Part shown: positions 1 to 11,604 of the stretch, one piece after another
Layout: every line of letters starts with the position of its first letter
Numbering within the stretch: the stretch's first letter is position 1
Assembly (NCBI RefSeq): GCF_004010195.1
Contig: NC_057718.1
Location: 32,984,727 to 33,023,356, forward strand
Direction of reading: 5' to 3'
DNA length: 38,630 nt
DNA from: Chiloscyllium plagiosum
Lineage: Eukaryota
The notes under the pieces: generated by a model
The model's database searches: none
The model's input: the letters and a program-made list of their open reading frames with translations, nothing else
Told to the model about the DNA's origin: nothing
Translations under genes and position numbers: made by a program

Positions 1-115
1 AACTGGAGTACCCAAAGGAAACCCATGCAGACACAGACAGCTGCCTGAGGGTGGAGTCAAACTTGGATCCGTGCCGTGAGACAGCAGTACTAACCACTGA
101 GCCACTGTGCCATCC
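1..115 (-). mobile_element. HE1-like tRNA-derived SINE, partial
   Basis: Matches the SINE copies at 5793-6120, 13803-14114 and 34841-35188 (gaaacccatgcagacac...taaccactgagccac). Confidence 0.8.
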
Positions 116-625
116 CTTATGTACAGTTCTAGTTGCCATACTACCAGAAGGATGTGGAAGTTTTGGAGACAGTACAGAAAATGGTTTACCAGATGTTGCC
201 TGGTTACTAGCTATGAGGAGAGACTGAACAAACTTGGTTTATTTTCACTTGAATGTCAAAATATGAGGGATGACCTGATAGAAGTTCACAAAATTATGAG
301 TGACATAGATAGAATGGATATTTGGAGTCTTTTTCCCAGAGTAGAAATATCCATGACTATGGGAGGTTAAAGGTAAAAGGGGCTAAGTTTAAGAGATGTG
401 AGAAGCAAGTTTTTTTTTTTACACAGATGATGCTAAGTGCCTGGAATGTGCTGCTATGGGAGTTGGTGGAGGCGGATACAGTAGTGATGTTTAAGAGGCA
501 TCCTGAATGGGCAGGGAATAGAGGGATTATGGACCATATAGAGGCAAAAAGGTTTACAGTTTAGAAAGGCATCATGTGTCTGCACAGTCTTGATGGGCTG
601 AAGGGCCTGTTCCTGTTCTGTGCAC
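116..625 (+). mobile_element. CR1 LINE 3' fragment, decayed
   Basis: Translates to SYEERLNKLGLFSLE..MRDDLIEVHKIM; carries the CR1 3' UTR gggctgaagggcctgttcctgttctgt. Confidence 0.85.
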
Positions 626-1282
626 TTGTTTGATAAATGCATACAGAAACAAGTGAAAAAAGTAATAAAATTTCACAAGAAACATTAATAGAATGAGAAC
701 TGAAAACATTTCTAGAACTACCCATTGACTCAGCACTATAGTCAAAAAGAAAGCAGTTACCAGTTTGCACAGTCTTTATAAATATCTCTGGGATTTGTGT
801 GGTTTTATTGCAGGTCAGACACCCCAGAGTGAGGGTTATCTACAGTAAATACAGGCCTGTAAAAGCCATGGTAATGAAATGAGGGGATTTTTCACCTCAT
901 TTTCAATGTCTGCTGGTAGACTCAGCAGCCGTGTGCTCAAAAAACCTTTTGCAATGGTCTTCTGCCGAGCCCCTGCCCACTGGAGAGTCTGGGATAGGCC
1001 AAACCCTCCATAGTAGGCTCAATTTTACAAGTTTGAATTCCCCACCCCCCACACAAAAAACAAGAATGGGTTTATATAGGACCTTTCATAATCTCCGAAG
1101 AATCCAAAGTACTTCAAAGCCAAAGAAATAGTATTACAATAATAGTGCCAACCTTAATGCAACATAGAGAAACACAGAAACAGGAACATCATAAATAACC
1201 AACAAAAGTATTTCAGCACAATTTTTTGGTTGGTAAATGTTAATCAAGCCAGCACACGAGATATTTCAGTTCTATTCAGAGA

Positions 1283-1440
1283 GCTGAGCTTGGTCAAAAA
1301 GGCAGGTTTTGAGGATTGTCTTAAAAGGAGGAAAATGAGGGAGGGAGCTGCAGAGGTATAAGGAACGAATTCCTAAGCTTATGCCATAGTCAACGGAATG
1401 CACGGTCATCAATTGTGGAGCACTGAAAACTGGAGATGAC
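1283..1440 (-). mobile_element. L2-type LINE 3' end fragment
   Basis: gcttggtcaaaaaggcaggttttgaggattgtcttaaaaggagg...gaattcctaagctt resembles 23440-23600; family name is from recall. Confidence 0.45.
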
Positions 1441-2178
1441 ACTAGACCTCCAACACCACTGATGTCTAAGAAGGGCTGAAACTTTTTAACTGAATCTTCC
1501 AGTATCTGCTGTTACTTCCCTTAGCATCCAGTCTGGGCGATTTAGTTCTAGTTTGAACACTGCTAACATTCATTTTCCCTCCTCTTTACTTTTATCCATT
1601 TCAATTCCTCAAGTTACTGATAATGAAATTGGTGACATTTCATGAGCTGCTCCTTTTTTGAGGTATTTTAGGTGCTGGAGGTGATTTCCTCAAATTCCAG
1701 GAGCAACAATATGCTGTTGCATTGTTTTGAACTTTGGAAAAAAAAAGGTCAAAACAACAGCAGTTTTAAAAGGGAGAAGAACAGACAAAGGAAGCACATG
1801 GTGAGGTCAGTGCAGGAGAGAGAGAGAGAGAAAATCTGCACAGTTACTGCCTTTGCTGTTTGAATTAGTGTATCCCTGGACATCGACTGCATCTGGGAAA
1901 ATTATCAAACAGTGAAATTCACTATTGATCTTGGAGGAACTGTTGGGCGAAGTTTACAGTACAGAATTAGATAATTTAATTGTTGTTTTAAATGTGGCCG
2001 ACAGAGAATCTGCGGTAGTGAGTAGAGTAGGTTCTTTCTTGATTATATGTTTTTTGGAGATAGGTCTCTCGATTAAACTTAAAATATAAGCCATAACTAT
2101 TAATTTAACCTGGGGCAGTGTGTGCATAGGAATAAGACGGTGTTATTTTCTGGGTCTGGACATTGTGAAGGAGCAAAA

Positions 2179-2975
2179 ATGGCCTTTAATAGAGTGATAT
2201 GCGCTTCTTGTCAGATGTGGGAGTTTAAAGAGAGTTTAAGGGTTACTGCAGATTATATCTGCCATAAATGCTGCTGGCTATGAATCTTATCAGATTGAAT
2301 GGATCAGTTGGACAGACAGTTGGAAGCAATGAGGAATTTGCAACAGCAACAGTATGTGATGGATGGCAATTATAGGAAGGGGGGGGAAGAAGTCTCAGAT
2401 ACAGTCACATAGATGGGTTAACTCCAGGAAGGGTAAGAGAGGTAGGCAGCTAGTGCAGGAATCTTTTGTGGATATACCCATTTCAAACAGGTATGCTGTT
2501 TCAGAAAATGTAGGGGGTGATGGATTCTCAGGGGAATGTAGCACAAACAGCCAAATTTCTGGTATTGAGACTGGCTCTAATGAAACAAGGGGTATGTCAG
2601 GTTCCAAGAGATCAATTGTGTTAGGGGATTCTCTAGTGCGAGGTACAGACAGACGTTTCTGTGGCCAGCAGAGAAAAAGCAGAATGGTGTGTTGTTTCCC
2701 TGGTGCCAAATTTAAAAAGGAGGTCCTTGAGTGTAGTAATATCTGGATTACTCCCGGTGGTACGAGCTCGTGAGGGCAGGAATAGGAGGATAGAGCAGAT
2801 GAATGCATGGCTGAGGAGCTGGTGTATGGAGGAAGGATTCACATTTTTGGATCATTGGAATCTCTTTTGGGGTAGAAGTGACCTGTACAAGAAGGATGAA
2901 TTGCACCTAAATTGGAAGGGGACTAATATACTGGCAGGGAAATTTGCTCGAGTTGCTCGGGAGGATTTAAACTAG
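2179..2975 (+). pseudogene. CR1 ORF1 (Cys-rich zinc finger/coiled coil plus SGNH esterase), disrupted
   Basis: MAFNRVICASCQMWE..YICHKC, then IVLGDSLVRG and DELHLNWKG. Has stops, and a ~143 bp deletion at 2708/2709 removes the HIGTND block seen in the second copy. Confidence 0.85.
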
Positions 2976-3083
2976 TAAGGTGGGGGGTGGGACTCAGGAA
3001 GATAGTGAGGAAAGAGATCAATCTGAGACTGGTACAGTTGAGAACAGAAGCGAGTCAAACAATCAGGGCAGGCAGGGACAAGG

Positions 3084-3182
3084 CAGTTTCTGGATTAGTG
3101 GTGCTGGAAGAGCACAGCAGTTCAGGCAGCATCCAAGGAGAAGCGAAATCAACGTTTCGGGCAAAAGCCCTTCATCAGGAAT
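3084..3182 (-). mobile_element. Short PLE terminal-repeat insertion (family A) inside CR1
   Basis: Absent from the equivalent site of the CR1 copy at ~29335-29350. Flanked by cagggacaagg (3073-3083) and caggggacaagg (3183-3194). Matches the PLE terminus at 20601-20693. Confidence 0.85.
3146..3182 (-). ncRNA. Minimal hammerhead ribozyme motif, intact core
   Basis: Minus strand reads ATTC-CTGATGA-A-GGGC-TTTT-GCCC-GAAAC-GTT-GATT. Confidence 0.75.
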
Positions 3183-3199
3183 CAGGGGACAAGGTAGGA

Positions 3200-6100
3200 C
3201 TAATAAATTAAACGACATTTATTTCAATGCAAGGGGCCTAACAGGAAAGGCAGATGAACTCAGGGCATGGTTAAAAACATGGGACTGGGATATCATAGCA
3301 ATTACAGAAACATGGCTCAGGGATGGGCAGGACTGGTAGCTTAATGTTCCAGGATACAAATGCTACAGGAAGGATAGAAAGGGAGGCAAGAGAGGAAGGG
3401 AGGGTGGCCTTTTTGATAAGGGATAGCATTACAGCTGTGCTGAAGGAGGACATTCTTGGAAATACATCCAGGGAAGTTATTTGGGTGGAACTGAGAAATA
3501 AGAAAGGGATGATAACCTTATTGGGATTGTATTATAGACCCCCTAATAGTCAGAGGGAAATTGAAAAACAAACTTGTAAGGAGATTTCAGCTATCTGTAA
3601 GAATAGGGTGGTTATGGTTGGGGATTTTAACTTTCCAAACATCGACTGGGACTGCCATAGTGTTAAGGGTTGAGATGGAGAGGGATTTGTAAAGTGTATG
3701 CAAGACAATTTTCTGATTCAGTACCTACTGGAGAAGGTGCAAAACTTGGGAAATAAGGCAGGACAGGCGACTGAGGTGTCAGTGGGGGAGCACTTTAGGG
3801 CCAGCGACCATAATTCTATTAGATTTAAAATAATGATGGAAAAGGATAGACCAGATCTTAAAGTTGAAGTTCTAAATTTGAGAAAGGCCAATTTTGACCG
3901 TATTAGGCAAGAACTTTCAAAAGCTGATTGGGGGCAGATGTTCACAGGTAAAGGGACGGTTAGAAAATGGGATGCCTTCAGAAATGAGATAACGAGAAAC
4001 CAGAGAAAGTATATTCCTGTCAGGGTGAAAGGAAAGGCTGGTAGGTATAGGGAATGCTGGATGATTCAAGAAATTGAGGGTTTGGTTAAAAAGAAGGAAG
4101 CATATGTCAGGTATAGACAAGATAGATCGAGTGAATCCTTAGAAGAGTATAAAGGAAGTAGGAGTATACTTAAGAGGGAAATCAGGAGGGCAAAAAGGGG
4201 ACATGAGATAGCTTTGGCAAATAAAATTAAGAAGAGTCCAAAAAGTTTTCACAAATACATTAAGGACAAAAAGGTAACGAGGGAGAGAATAAGGCCCCTC
4301 AAAGATCAGCAAAGCGACTTTTGTGTGGAGCCGCAGAAAATGGGGGAGATACTAAATGAGTATTTTGCATCAGTATTTACTGTGGAAAAGGATATGGAAG
4401 ATACAGACTGTAGAGAAATAAATGGTGATATCTTGCAAAATGTCCAGATTACAGAGGAGGCTGTGCTGGAAGTCTTGAAACGGGTAAAGGTGGATAAATC
4501 CCCAGGACCTGATCAGGTGTACCCGAGAACTCTGTGGAAAGCTAGAGAAGTGATTTCTGGGCCTCTTGCTGAGATATTTGTATCATTGATAGTCACAGGT
4601 GAGGTGCCGGAAGACTGGAGGTTGGCTAACGTGGTGCCACTGTTTAAGAAGGGTGGTAAGGACAAGCCAGGGAGCTAAACAGCAGTGAGCCTGACATCAG
4701 TGGTGGGCAAGTTGTTGGAGGGAATCCTGAGGGACAGGATATCCATGTATTTGGAACGGCAAGGACTGATTAGGGATAGTCAACATGGTTTTGTGCGTGG
4801 GAAATCATGTCTCACAAACTTGATTTAGTTTTTTGAGCAAGTAACAAAGAGGATTGATGAGGGCAGAGTAGTAAATGTGATTCATATGGACTTCAATAAG
4901 GCATTCAACAAGGTTCCCCATGGGAAACTGATTAGCAAGGTTAGATCGCATGGAATACAGGGAGAACTAGCCATATAGAACTGGCTCAAAGATAGAAGAC
5001 AGAGGGTGGTGGTGGAGGGTTGTTTTTCAGACTGGGGCCTGTGACCAGTGGAGTGCCACAATGATTAGTGCTGGGTCCCCTACGTTTTGTCATTTACATA
5101 AATGATTTGGATGCGAGCATAAGAGGTACAGTTAGTAAGTTTGCAGATGACACCAAAATTGGAGGTGTATTGGACAGCGAAGAGAGTTACCTCAGAATCC
5201 AACAGGATCTGGACCAGATGGGCCAATGGGCTGAGAAGTGGCAGATGGAGTTTAATTCAGATAAATTCGAGGTGCTGCATTTTGGGAAAGCAAACCTTAG
5301 TAGGACTTATACACTTAATGGTAAGGTCCTAGGGAGTGTTGCTGAACAAAGCGACCTTGGAGTGTAGGTTCATAGCTCCTTGAAAGTGGAGTCGCAGGTA
5401 GATAGAATAGTGAAGAAGGCATTTGGTATGCTTTCCTTTATTGGTCAAAGTATTGCGCACAGGAGTTGGGAGGTCATGTTGTGGCTGTACAGGACATTGG
5501 TTAGGCCACTGTTGGAATATTGTGTGCAATTCTCGTCTCCTTCCTATCGGAACGATGTTGTGAATCTTGAAAAGGTTCAGAAAAGATTTACAAGGATGTT
5601 GCCAAGCTATCGGGTGAGGCTGAACATGCTGGGACTGTTTTCCCTGGAGTGTCAGAGGCTGAGGGATGACCTTGTAGAGGTTTACAAAATTATGAGGGGC
5701 ATGGATAGGGTAAATAGGCAAAGTCTTTTCCTTGGGGTGTGGGAGTCCAGAACGAGAGGGCATAGGTTTAGGGGGAGAGGGGAAAGATATAAGAGATTAG
5801 ATTAGATTACTTACAGTGTGGAAACAGGCCCTTCGGCCCAACAAGTCCACACCGACCCGCCGAAGCGTAACTCACCCAGACCCATTCTCCTACATTTACC
5901 CCTTCACCTAACACTACGGGCAATTTAGCATGGCCAATTCACCTAAGACCTGCACATTTTTGGATTGTGGGAGGAAACCGGAGCACCCAGAGGAAACCCA
6001 CGCAGACACGGGGAGAATGTGCAAACTCCACACAGAGAGTCGCCTGAGGCGGGAATTGAACCCGGGTCTCTGGCGCTGTGAAGCAGGAGTGCTAACCACT

Positions 6101-6297
6101 GTGCTACCGTGCCGCCCACCAGAGAGACATAAGAAAGAGGCAACTTTTTCATGCAGGGGGTGGTACATGTATGGAATGAGCTGCCAGAGGAACTGGTGGA
6201 GGTTGGTACAATTGCAACATTTAAGAGGCATTTGGATGGGTGTATGAATAGGAAGGGTTTGGAGGGATGTGGGCCAGGTGCTGGCAGGTGGGACTAG
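3200..6297 (+). pseudogene. CR1 ORF2 (APE endonuclease-reverse transcriptase), disrupted
   Basis: ORF fragments 3323-3673, 3698-4678, 5068-5367 and 5380-5805 carry EN and RT motifs; interrupted by a SINE. Confidence 0.9.
5793..6120 (-). mobile_element. HE1-like SINE nested in the CR1 3' region
   Basis: tRNA-like head ggtggcacggtagcacagtggttagc..., CR1-like tail ttgggccgaagggcctgtttccacactgta and (tctaa)n repeats. Confidence 0.9.
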
Positions 6298-7799
6298 AGT
6301 GAGTTGTGATATCTGGTCGGCATGGACAGGTTGGACCTAAGGGTCTGTTTCCATGCTGTACACCTCTATGACTCTATGATGCATAGCACTTACTTAATAT
6401 GACAGCCTCAACCTCTGCCTCCACAAGATGATTTATATCTCAAAATTTCCCTGCCATTTGATTAACATTTTACTACTTGCATAAAATATGCTTTAACTTA
6501 CAAAAAAAGGGTGAGGAACACATGGTTGTCACTGTTCCCATGAACCTATAACAATGTCAAATAGCATTTATTGAGTGCCATTAGGTAGCAAAACATTCCA
6601 ATGGACTTTACAGGAACATTATTAAACAGAATTTGACATCAACTAAATAATGGTAGATATGGATAGCTGAACTAAAGCTTTGTCAAAGAAGTAACAAATG
6701 AAAGGCATCACAGAGGAATTAATCAGCCACAATTGTATAGAGATGGGGAAAGTATATAGTGTTACAATCCATTATGAAGCACATAACAAGTGCACAGACT
6801 TTGCCATTGTAGCCCTATGGACATTGTCAAATGTATTGACCATTGTGGTTTTCAGATATTAGTAGGCTAGATGGAGTAAACCCTCAGTAAAAGCAGAAGA
6901 ACATATATTTTTAACATTACTTCTGTTTTTATCAAAAATAGAGCAGTAATATGGACAGAACTGATTTAAGTTGTGCTCTCAAAGCCTGTCTTCATCCTCA
7001 TTGCTGCTGATAATATTGCAGCAGGATAAATTTCAGAATGGAGGACATTGCAATGTAGAGATAAGTACATATAAAAAGTAAACAAGGTTAATAATGATGA
7101 ATTACAGAGCTGTTAAATTGAAAGATAGCACCTCCAACAATGGAATGATCCCTCGGTACTGTATTGGTAGTGCACAAGGAGAATTCACAGTATAGAAGAA
7201 AGAATTTTATCAGGTAAATGAGATATAATTTATTCCAGTTTTAAAACTCAACCCAAGAATAAGCTCTATACTACTACAAAGATTGTTTGAAACACCTCAC
7301 CTTAAATCTGTCACCTAAGGTCCTACTTTACTCTTTCATTGGTCGTCATGATCTTATCACTGGTGGTGGTGCTTACTGCAGTTAAATTAAGTATTAATCC
7401 CTTCAAACCCATAGGTAATAGTTTCTAACAAAAGTGCCAACTCAGGTGAAGGCAATAAAAGTACAATACAATAATGTTTAGTAATCTTCTTGAACTATAG
7501 GGAACCATGAATAAAGATAATGTAAGAAGCTTGATGGTGAGGAGATTAGATATTTTAAGGTAATTGATTATTGTTATGCCTCAAGGGGTAGAGCACTTCC
7601 TTACTTTGTCCCGTTCCGATTCTCTCCCTTCCATTCCCACCTCCCACCACTGAACCCTGTTTTGAGAGCATGTACACTTCATTGTACATGCATAGTGCAG
7701 TACTTATGTATGACAACACATACAATCTAATAATGTCTGTAATGTCTGATACCACGCAAATCCATGTTGCTGCATTAGCACACCTGCATGGTTGTCTGC

Positions 7800-8105
7800 A
7801 ATTGATGGTGTCAGGAAACCGGCAAATGTTAAAACAGTTCCCTCTATTTATGGACTGACTCAGGAGAGGAAACATCCTTTCAGGATCATTCAGACATTCC
7901 AATCAAGTAATTCAATATACTTCTAAACACCAATAGAAACAACCCATTTTGTCCAACCTATCCTCATAAGATAACCCACACATTCCTGTACCAATCTAGT
8001 AAATCTCCTCCAAACTATTTCCAATGCATTTACATTCCTGCTAAATCAGGAAACCAAAACTGCAAACAATATTCAAGTTGTGATCTCACTAAGAACTTAT
8101 GTAAG
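7800..8105 (-). mobile_element. Old CR1 ORF2 C-terminal fragment
   Basis: The reverse complement resembles the LEYCVQFWSP / RRFTRL / SYEDRL region. Confidence 0.65.
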
Positions 8106-8224
8106 TGGAGATGGGTCATTGCCTGCCACATGTTTAGTGTATTTTACTCGTTACTTAATGAACCAACCCCTGCATGTTGTCCAGGTTTTGCTGCATTTGG
8201 GTATCAGCTGTTTCAGCATCTGAG

Positions 8225-8378
8225 AAGTGTAAGTGATGCTGAATGTTGTGCAATCACCAGTGAACATCCAACTTCCCACCTCACCATGAAGGGAAATTCA
8301 TTGAAGATGGAAGATGATGTTTTGGACAGGGTACTGCCCTGTGGAACTCCTGCAGAGATATCCTGGAGCTGTGATGAG
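8225..8378 (-). mobile_element. LINE reverse-transcriptase fragment (CR1/L2 group)
   Basis: Minus strand encodes ISAGVPQGS followed by a degenerate INDLP..EVG region. Confidence 0.55.
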
Positions 8379-8920
8379 TGCCCTCAAGTCTCTGTGCTCC
8401 AGTCTCTGGAGTGGGATTCAAATCCACAACGTTTTGAGTCACAGCAGACACTGGTAGCTGGCACTATAGAAGGAGCATTTAATCCTTCCCCAACCCCTGG
8501 CTATCAGTGTTTAACAAAACGCCCTCTGACCAGGCAGTGTTGACCCAGTCAGTATTTGGGTCATGAGAACGTGTGACAACTTCTAACTCAGTGATTGAAT
8601 GGCATCAGCCCCGCAGGGGGGTCTCCTGCTGCTCACAAATGTTGGGCGGTCAATCAAAACCAATGGATCATCATACTATTAATCTCCACACAAGCTGTTT
8701 CTACCCGGTTCTGACTTAAACTTTTCATCGACAGTGGAGTGAATGATGATTTTTCTCTTGCGCGCCAATCTTGAAGACGGTCACAGCTAACGGTCTGCTA
8801 TAAATGCTAGATGTGAAATAAACTTTAACCATGCCCTGCAGTTGCCGGCTCAACTTGGCAAAGGCAGCACGTGAAAGGCAACAAACAAAATGAGCGGTCG
8901 ATTGGAATTGCAAACTTTAC

Positions 8921-9224
8921 CGGGAATGTTTTCTTGGTAACCTTTGGTGAAGAACTGCATTGCTCTAGCGGCTCTTCTGGGAGTCTTTCGCAGACCCTGC
9001 CTCTCTGGGTCCTCCCCTAACCCCCTCAGGATGCTGGTGTAGGCTTCCTCCAGAACAGCCAGGGCATCTTCCCCTCCTCGCTTCTTCTCGTCCTTCCACT
9101 GCACCGTGGCTTTCTTGGAATCTGCAGGCAAGTCGCTGTAGCCCTCAAACCAACTGGCCACAAACTTCTTGGTGCAGCAAAGCCTGTTGGTTTCCGGAGT
9201 GACTATCTGTTTGGCGTATTCCAT
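8921..9224 (-). CDS. gch2: GTP cyclohydrolase I family, first coding exon (gch2/GchIb-like paralog)
   Basis: MEYAKQ...[44 protein letters not shown] matches the GCH1 motif LGEDPxRQGLLKTPxRAA. Kozak context gcagcATGG. Phase-1 donor CCG|GTAAAG at 8921/8920 is at the position expected for vertebrate GCH1 intron 1. Family call is strong; the gch2-versus-GCH1 call rests on the recalled MEY..G(Y/F)SDL..D.KK N-terminus. Confidence 0.9.
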
Positions 9225-9297
9225 GCTGCCCAGGCTGCAGTACTCGGATGTGTCCAGTGGCGCCGTGCTGACACTGCCCACTCCCAACTTGCGCTTC

Positions 9298-9305
9298 TAT
9301 TTATA
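9298..9305 (-). promoter_or_regulatory. TATA box of the GCH gene
   Basis: TATAAATA on the minus strand ~75 nt upstream of the ATG, which implies a TSS near 9275. Confidence 0.7.
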
Positions 9306-9342
9306 CCTCAAGAGATTACAGGAGCCTTCTCTGCGTTGCTCA

Positions 9343-9349
9343 CACGTCA
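9343..9349 (-). promoter_or_regulatory. CRE/ATF-like site
   Basis: TGACGTG ~40 bp upstream of the TATA box; mammalian GCH1 promoters have a proximal CRE. Confidence 0.45.
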
Positions 9350-9842
9350 GAGCCCTATATTAAAACGCTTGGCCCCGGAGGCAGGGGAAGGCTGGAGCGA
9401 AAGGCAATTGTCTTCAGACAGATAAGGATGTTTCCACGGTTCACACTCCCAGTGCTCAGTGCAGCACTGCTATTAAAGTCCGTGACTAATTTTAAAATTG
9501 ACAACAATTGTTGGAACTCTGTGGAAAGCAGCAAGTGGACCTTATCGCAACCGGCCATAAAGTATCCAGCCAACTAACTATAAATACGATGACACACGTC
9601 AAAGCCAAATATATGATCTGGCAATGTTCGAAGTAGATTTCATGATAGCACATTGTGGGATGAGGGTGTAGAAATGTCAGAAACATGGATCTTAATGAAT
9701 GCAACAGGAATAACGTGTGCGTCTTTGATGTTATAAAACAATCGCTGTGCTTAACGGGGCTGCGACAAACCAACTTGTGACACTGAACCACGTGGAAATA
9801 TGAGATACCCCATGGCTAGACAGTTGTCAGCAATACTGACAA

Positions 9843-10488
9843 GTTCAGGTCTCCCTTCTATAAGAAAGATATTGTGAAACTTGGAAGGATTCAGAAAAGA
9901 TTTACAAGGATGTTGTCAGGGCTAGAGGGTTTGAGCTGCAGGGAGACGCTGAATAGGCTGTGACTGTTTTCCCTGGAGCAACTGGTGGCTGAGGGTTGAC
10001 CTTATGGAGGTTTATAAAATCATGCGGGACATGGAGAGGGTATCTTTTGCCCAAAACTTCGATTTCCCTGCACCTTGGATTCTGCCTGACCTGCTGTGCT
10101 TTTCCAGCACCACTCTGATCTGAACTCTGGTTTCCAGAATCTGCAGTCCTCACTTTTGCCATGGAGAGGGTAATAGACAAAGTCTTTTCCCTGGGATGAG
10201 GGAGTCCAAAACTAAAGGGCATAAGTTTAAGGTGAGAGGGGAAAGATTGAAAATGGACCTTTTTCACACAGAGGGTGATGTATGGAATGAGCTGCCAGAG
10301 GAAATGGTGGAGGCTACTACAAGATCAACATTTAAAAGGCATCTGGATGGGTATATGAATAGGAAAGGTTTAGCGCTATATGGGCCACATGCTGGTAAAT
10401 GGGACTAGATTTATTTAGGATATCTGGCCCACATGGACGAGTTGGACTGAAGGGTCTGTTTCCGTGCTATACATCTCTATGACTCTAT
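9843..10488 (+). mobile_element. CR1 3' fragment interrupted by a PLE insertion
   Basis: Encodes DIVKLGRIQKRFTRML and WNELPEEMVEA; tail ctctatgactctata. Confidence 0.88.
10043..10159 (+). mobile_element. Short PLE terminus (family A) with 13-bp TSD
   Basis: catggagagggta is duplicated at 10030-10042 and 10160-10172. The insert starts inside hammerhead stem II (cttttgccc). Confidence 0.88.
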
Positions 10489-10744
10489 AATTGCAACTGG
10501 AATTGTGCCTCTGCGCCACGAGAAGTCCCTAATGCAGCAGAATCAAAGAGAATTGTTCAACAATTTGAAACTTCCAATGGGCAATTTCCTTGCATTTAGA
10601 ATCCTCCAAAATAGACCATTAAAAGTTGGGCTGAAGAGTGGGACTAGCTGGGTAGCTCTTTCAGGAGCCAGTACAGATACGATGGCTCACACGGCCTCCT
10701 TCAGTGCTAAAAGGTCTATGATTCTAGGTTGTTGGACCAGATGA

Positions 10745-10965
10745 CAAAGGTAGGGAGTGGTGACACCATTGAAGTATTTGAAAACAAGGACAAGATTTTT
10801 AAAATCAAGGTTGCTTAACGGAGTTCCAACATAGATTAACAAGAAAAGGAGTGATTGCAGAAAAAGACAGTGTTAGGTAAGACACAAACTCTAGCTGACC
10901 TCAAGTTTACAGAGGGTAGATTGTGGCTTTCAAGCGGCTACTCAGGAAGGCCTTTGGAATATTAG
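10745..10965 (-). mobile_element. L2-type LINE fragment
   Basis: tttgaaaacaaggacaagatttttaaaatcaagg resembles 23665-23730. Confidence 0.45.
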
Positions 10966-11604
10966 AAAAATGAATTACTGGAGAAAGATGCAAGTTCAGG
11001 AGTAGGGTAAGTTTCAAGGAAGTTTGGCTGGAAGAATAGAGGTAGGGACAGAGGTGGTAGAGGCAGCTTCGATCCTGGTGATAAACCCATATTTTATTGT
11101 CAGAAGTGATAGCAGAAGAAACAAAGGAGAAGGACTTAAAGAAATTAGCATGCAGTAAGGGAAAGAATCTGAAGCTCATCGTTATATCTATTCCAGGAGG
11201 TCGTAGAACAGTGTCGCCAGATACAAGACTTCAGTTAGATCAAAGGTGTTATCACCTCTTGGGCAAGTTTCTGTCAAGGCCATGACTTTAAAACAAACAT
11301 CCTCAAAACAATAAACTGATTGCCAAAGAGAGTCCCATTCATAGACAAACAGCCTTCCGGGATGGATATGTGGAGATAGTTGGTCATCCATGGAGTTACA
11401 ATCCTCTTAGGGACTACTGGCATGAAAAGGAACATTCTGGACATTCAGGAATTAATTGTGAGCACTGACCCACAAGATGTCACAACAAAACAATCTTTAT
11501 TGCATTTGTAAAAATAAATTAAACAAAGGAAGCACTACTAACTTAACGCTATTGCTTAAGAATATAGACAGGGTGGTTAAAACGGCATTTTGCATAGTTC
11601 ACAA

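Larger units (their letters stand above)
1650..6379 (+). mobile_element. Near full-length CR1 (HER1-like) LINE, inactivated
   Basis: 5' UTR is shared with the copy at 27362-30712. ORF1, APE endonuclease (YFNARGL, IIAITETWL, MVGDFNFPNIDW, SDHN), RT (KFADDTK) and tail ctctatgactctatga are all visible. Many stops and frameshifts. The 5' boundary is approximate. Confidence 0.93.

Noticed and set aside
1457..1525. Another PLE/hammerhead-like end (tctaagaagggctgaaac...ccagtatctgc)
   Set aside because: Too degraded; there is no stem II and the core is broken.
5930..6120. tRNA genes at the SINE heads
   Set aside because: The A/B-box-like heads continue into SINE bodies and CR1-like tails; no full cloverleaf is present.
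1..8920. GCH exon 2 (DAIFDEDHDEMVIVKDID) within the window
   Set aside because: I found no matching sequence on the minus strand by eye; it is probably beyond position 1.
8850..9287. The full 145-aa ORF as the GCH protein
   Set aside because: It starts at a non-ATG codon next to the TATA box and reads through the splice donor at 8920; the supported exon is 9224-8921.
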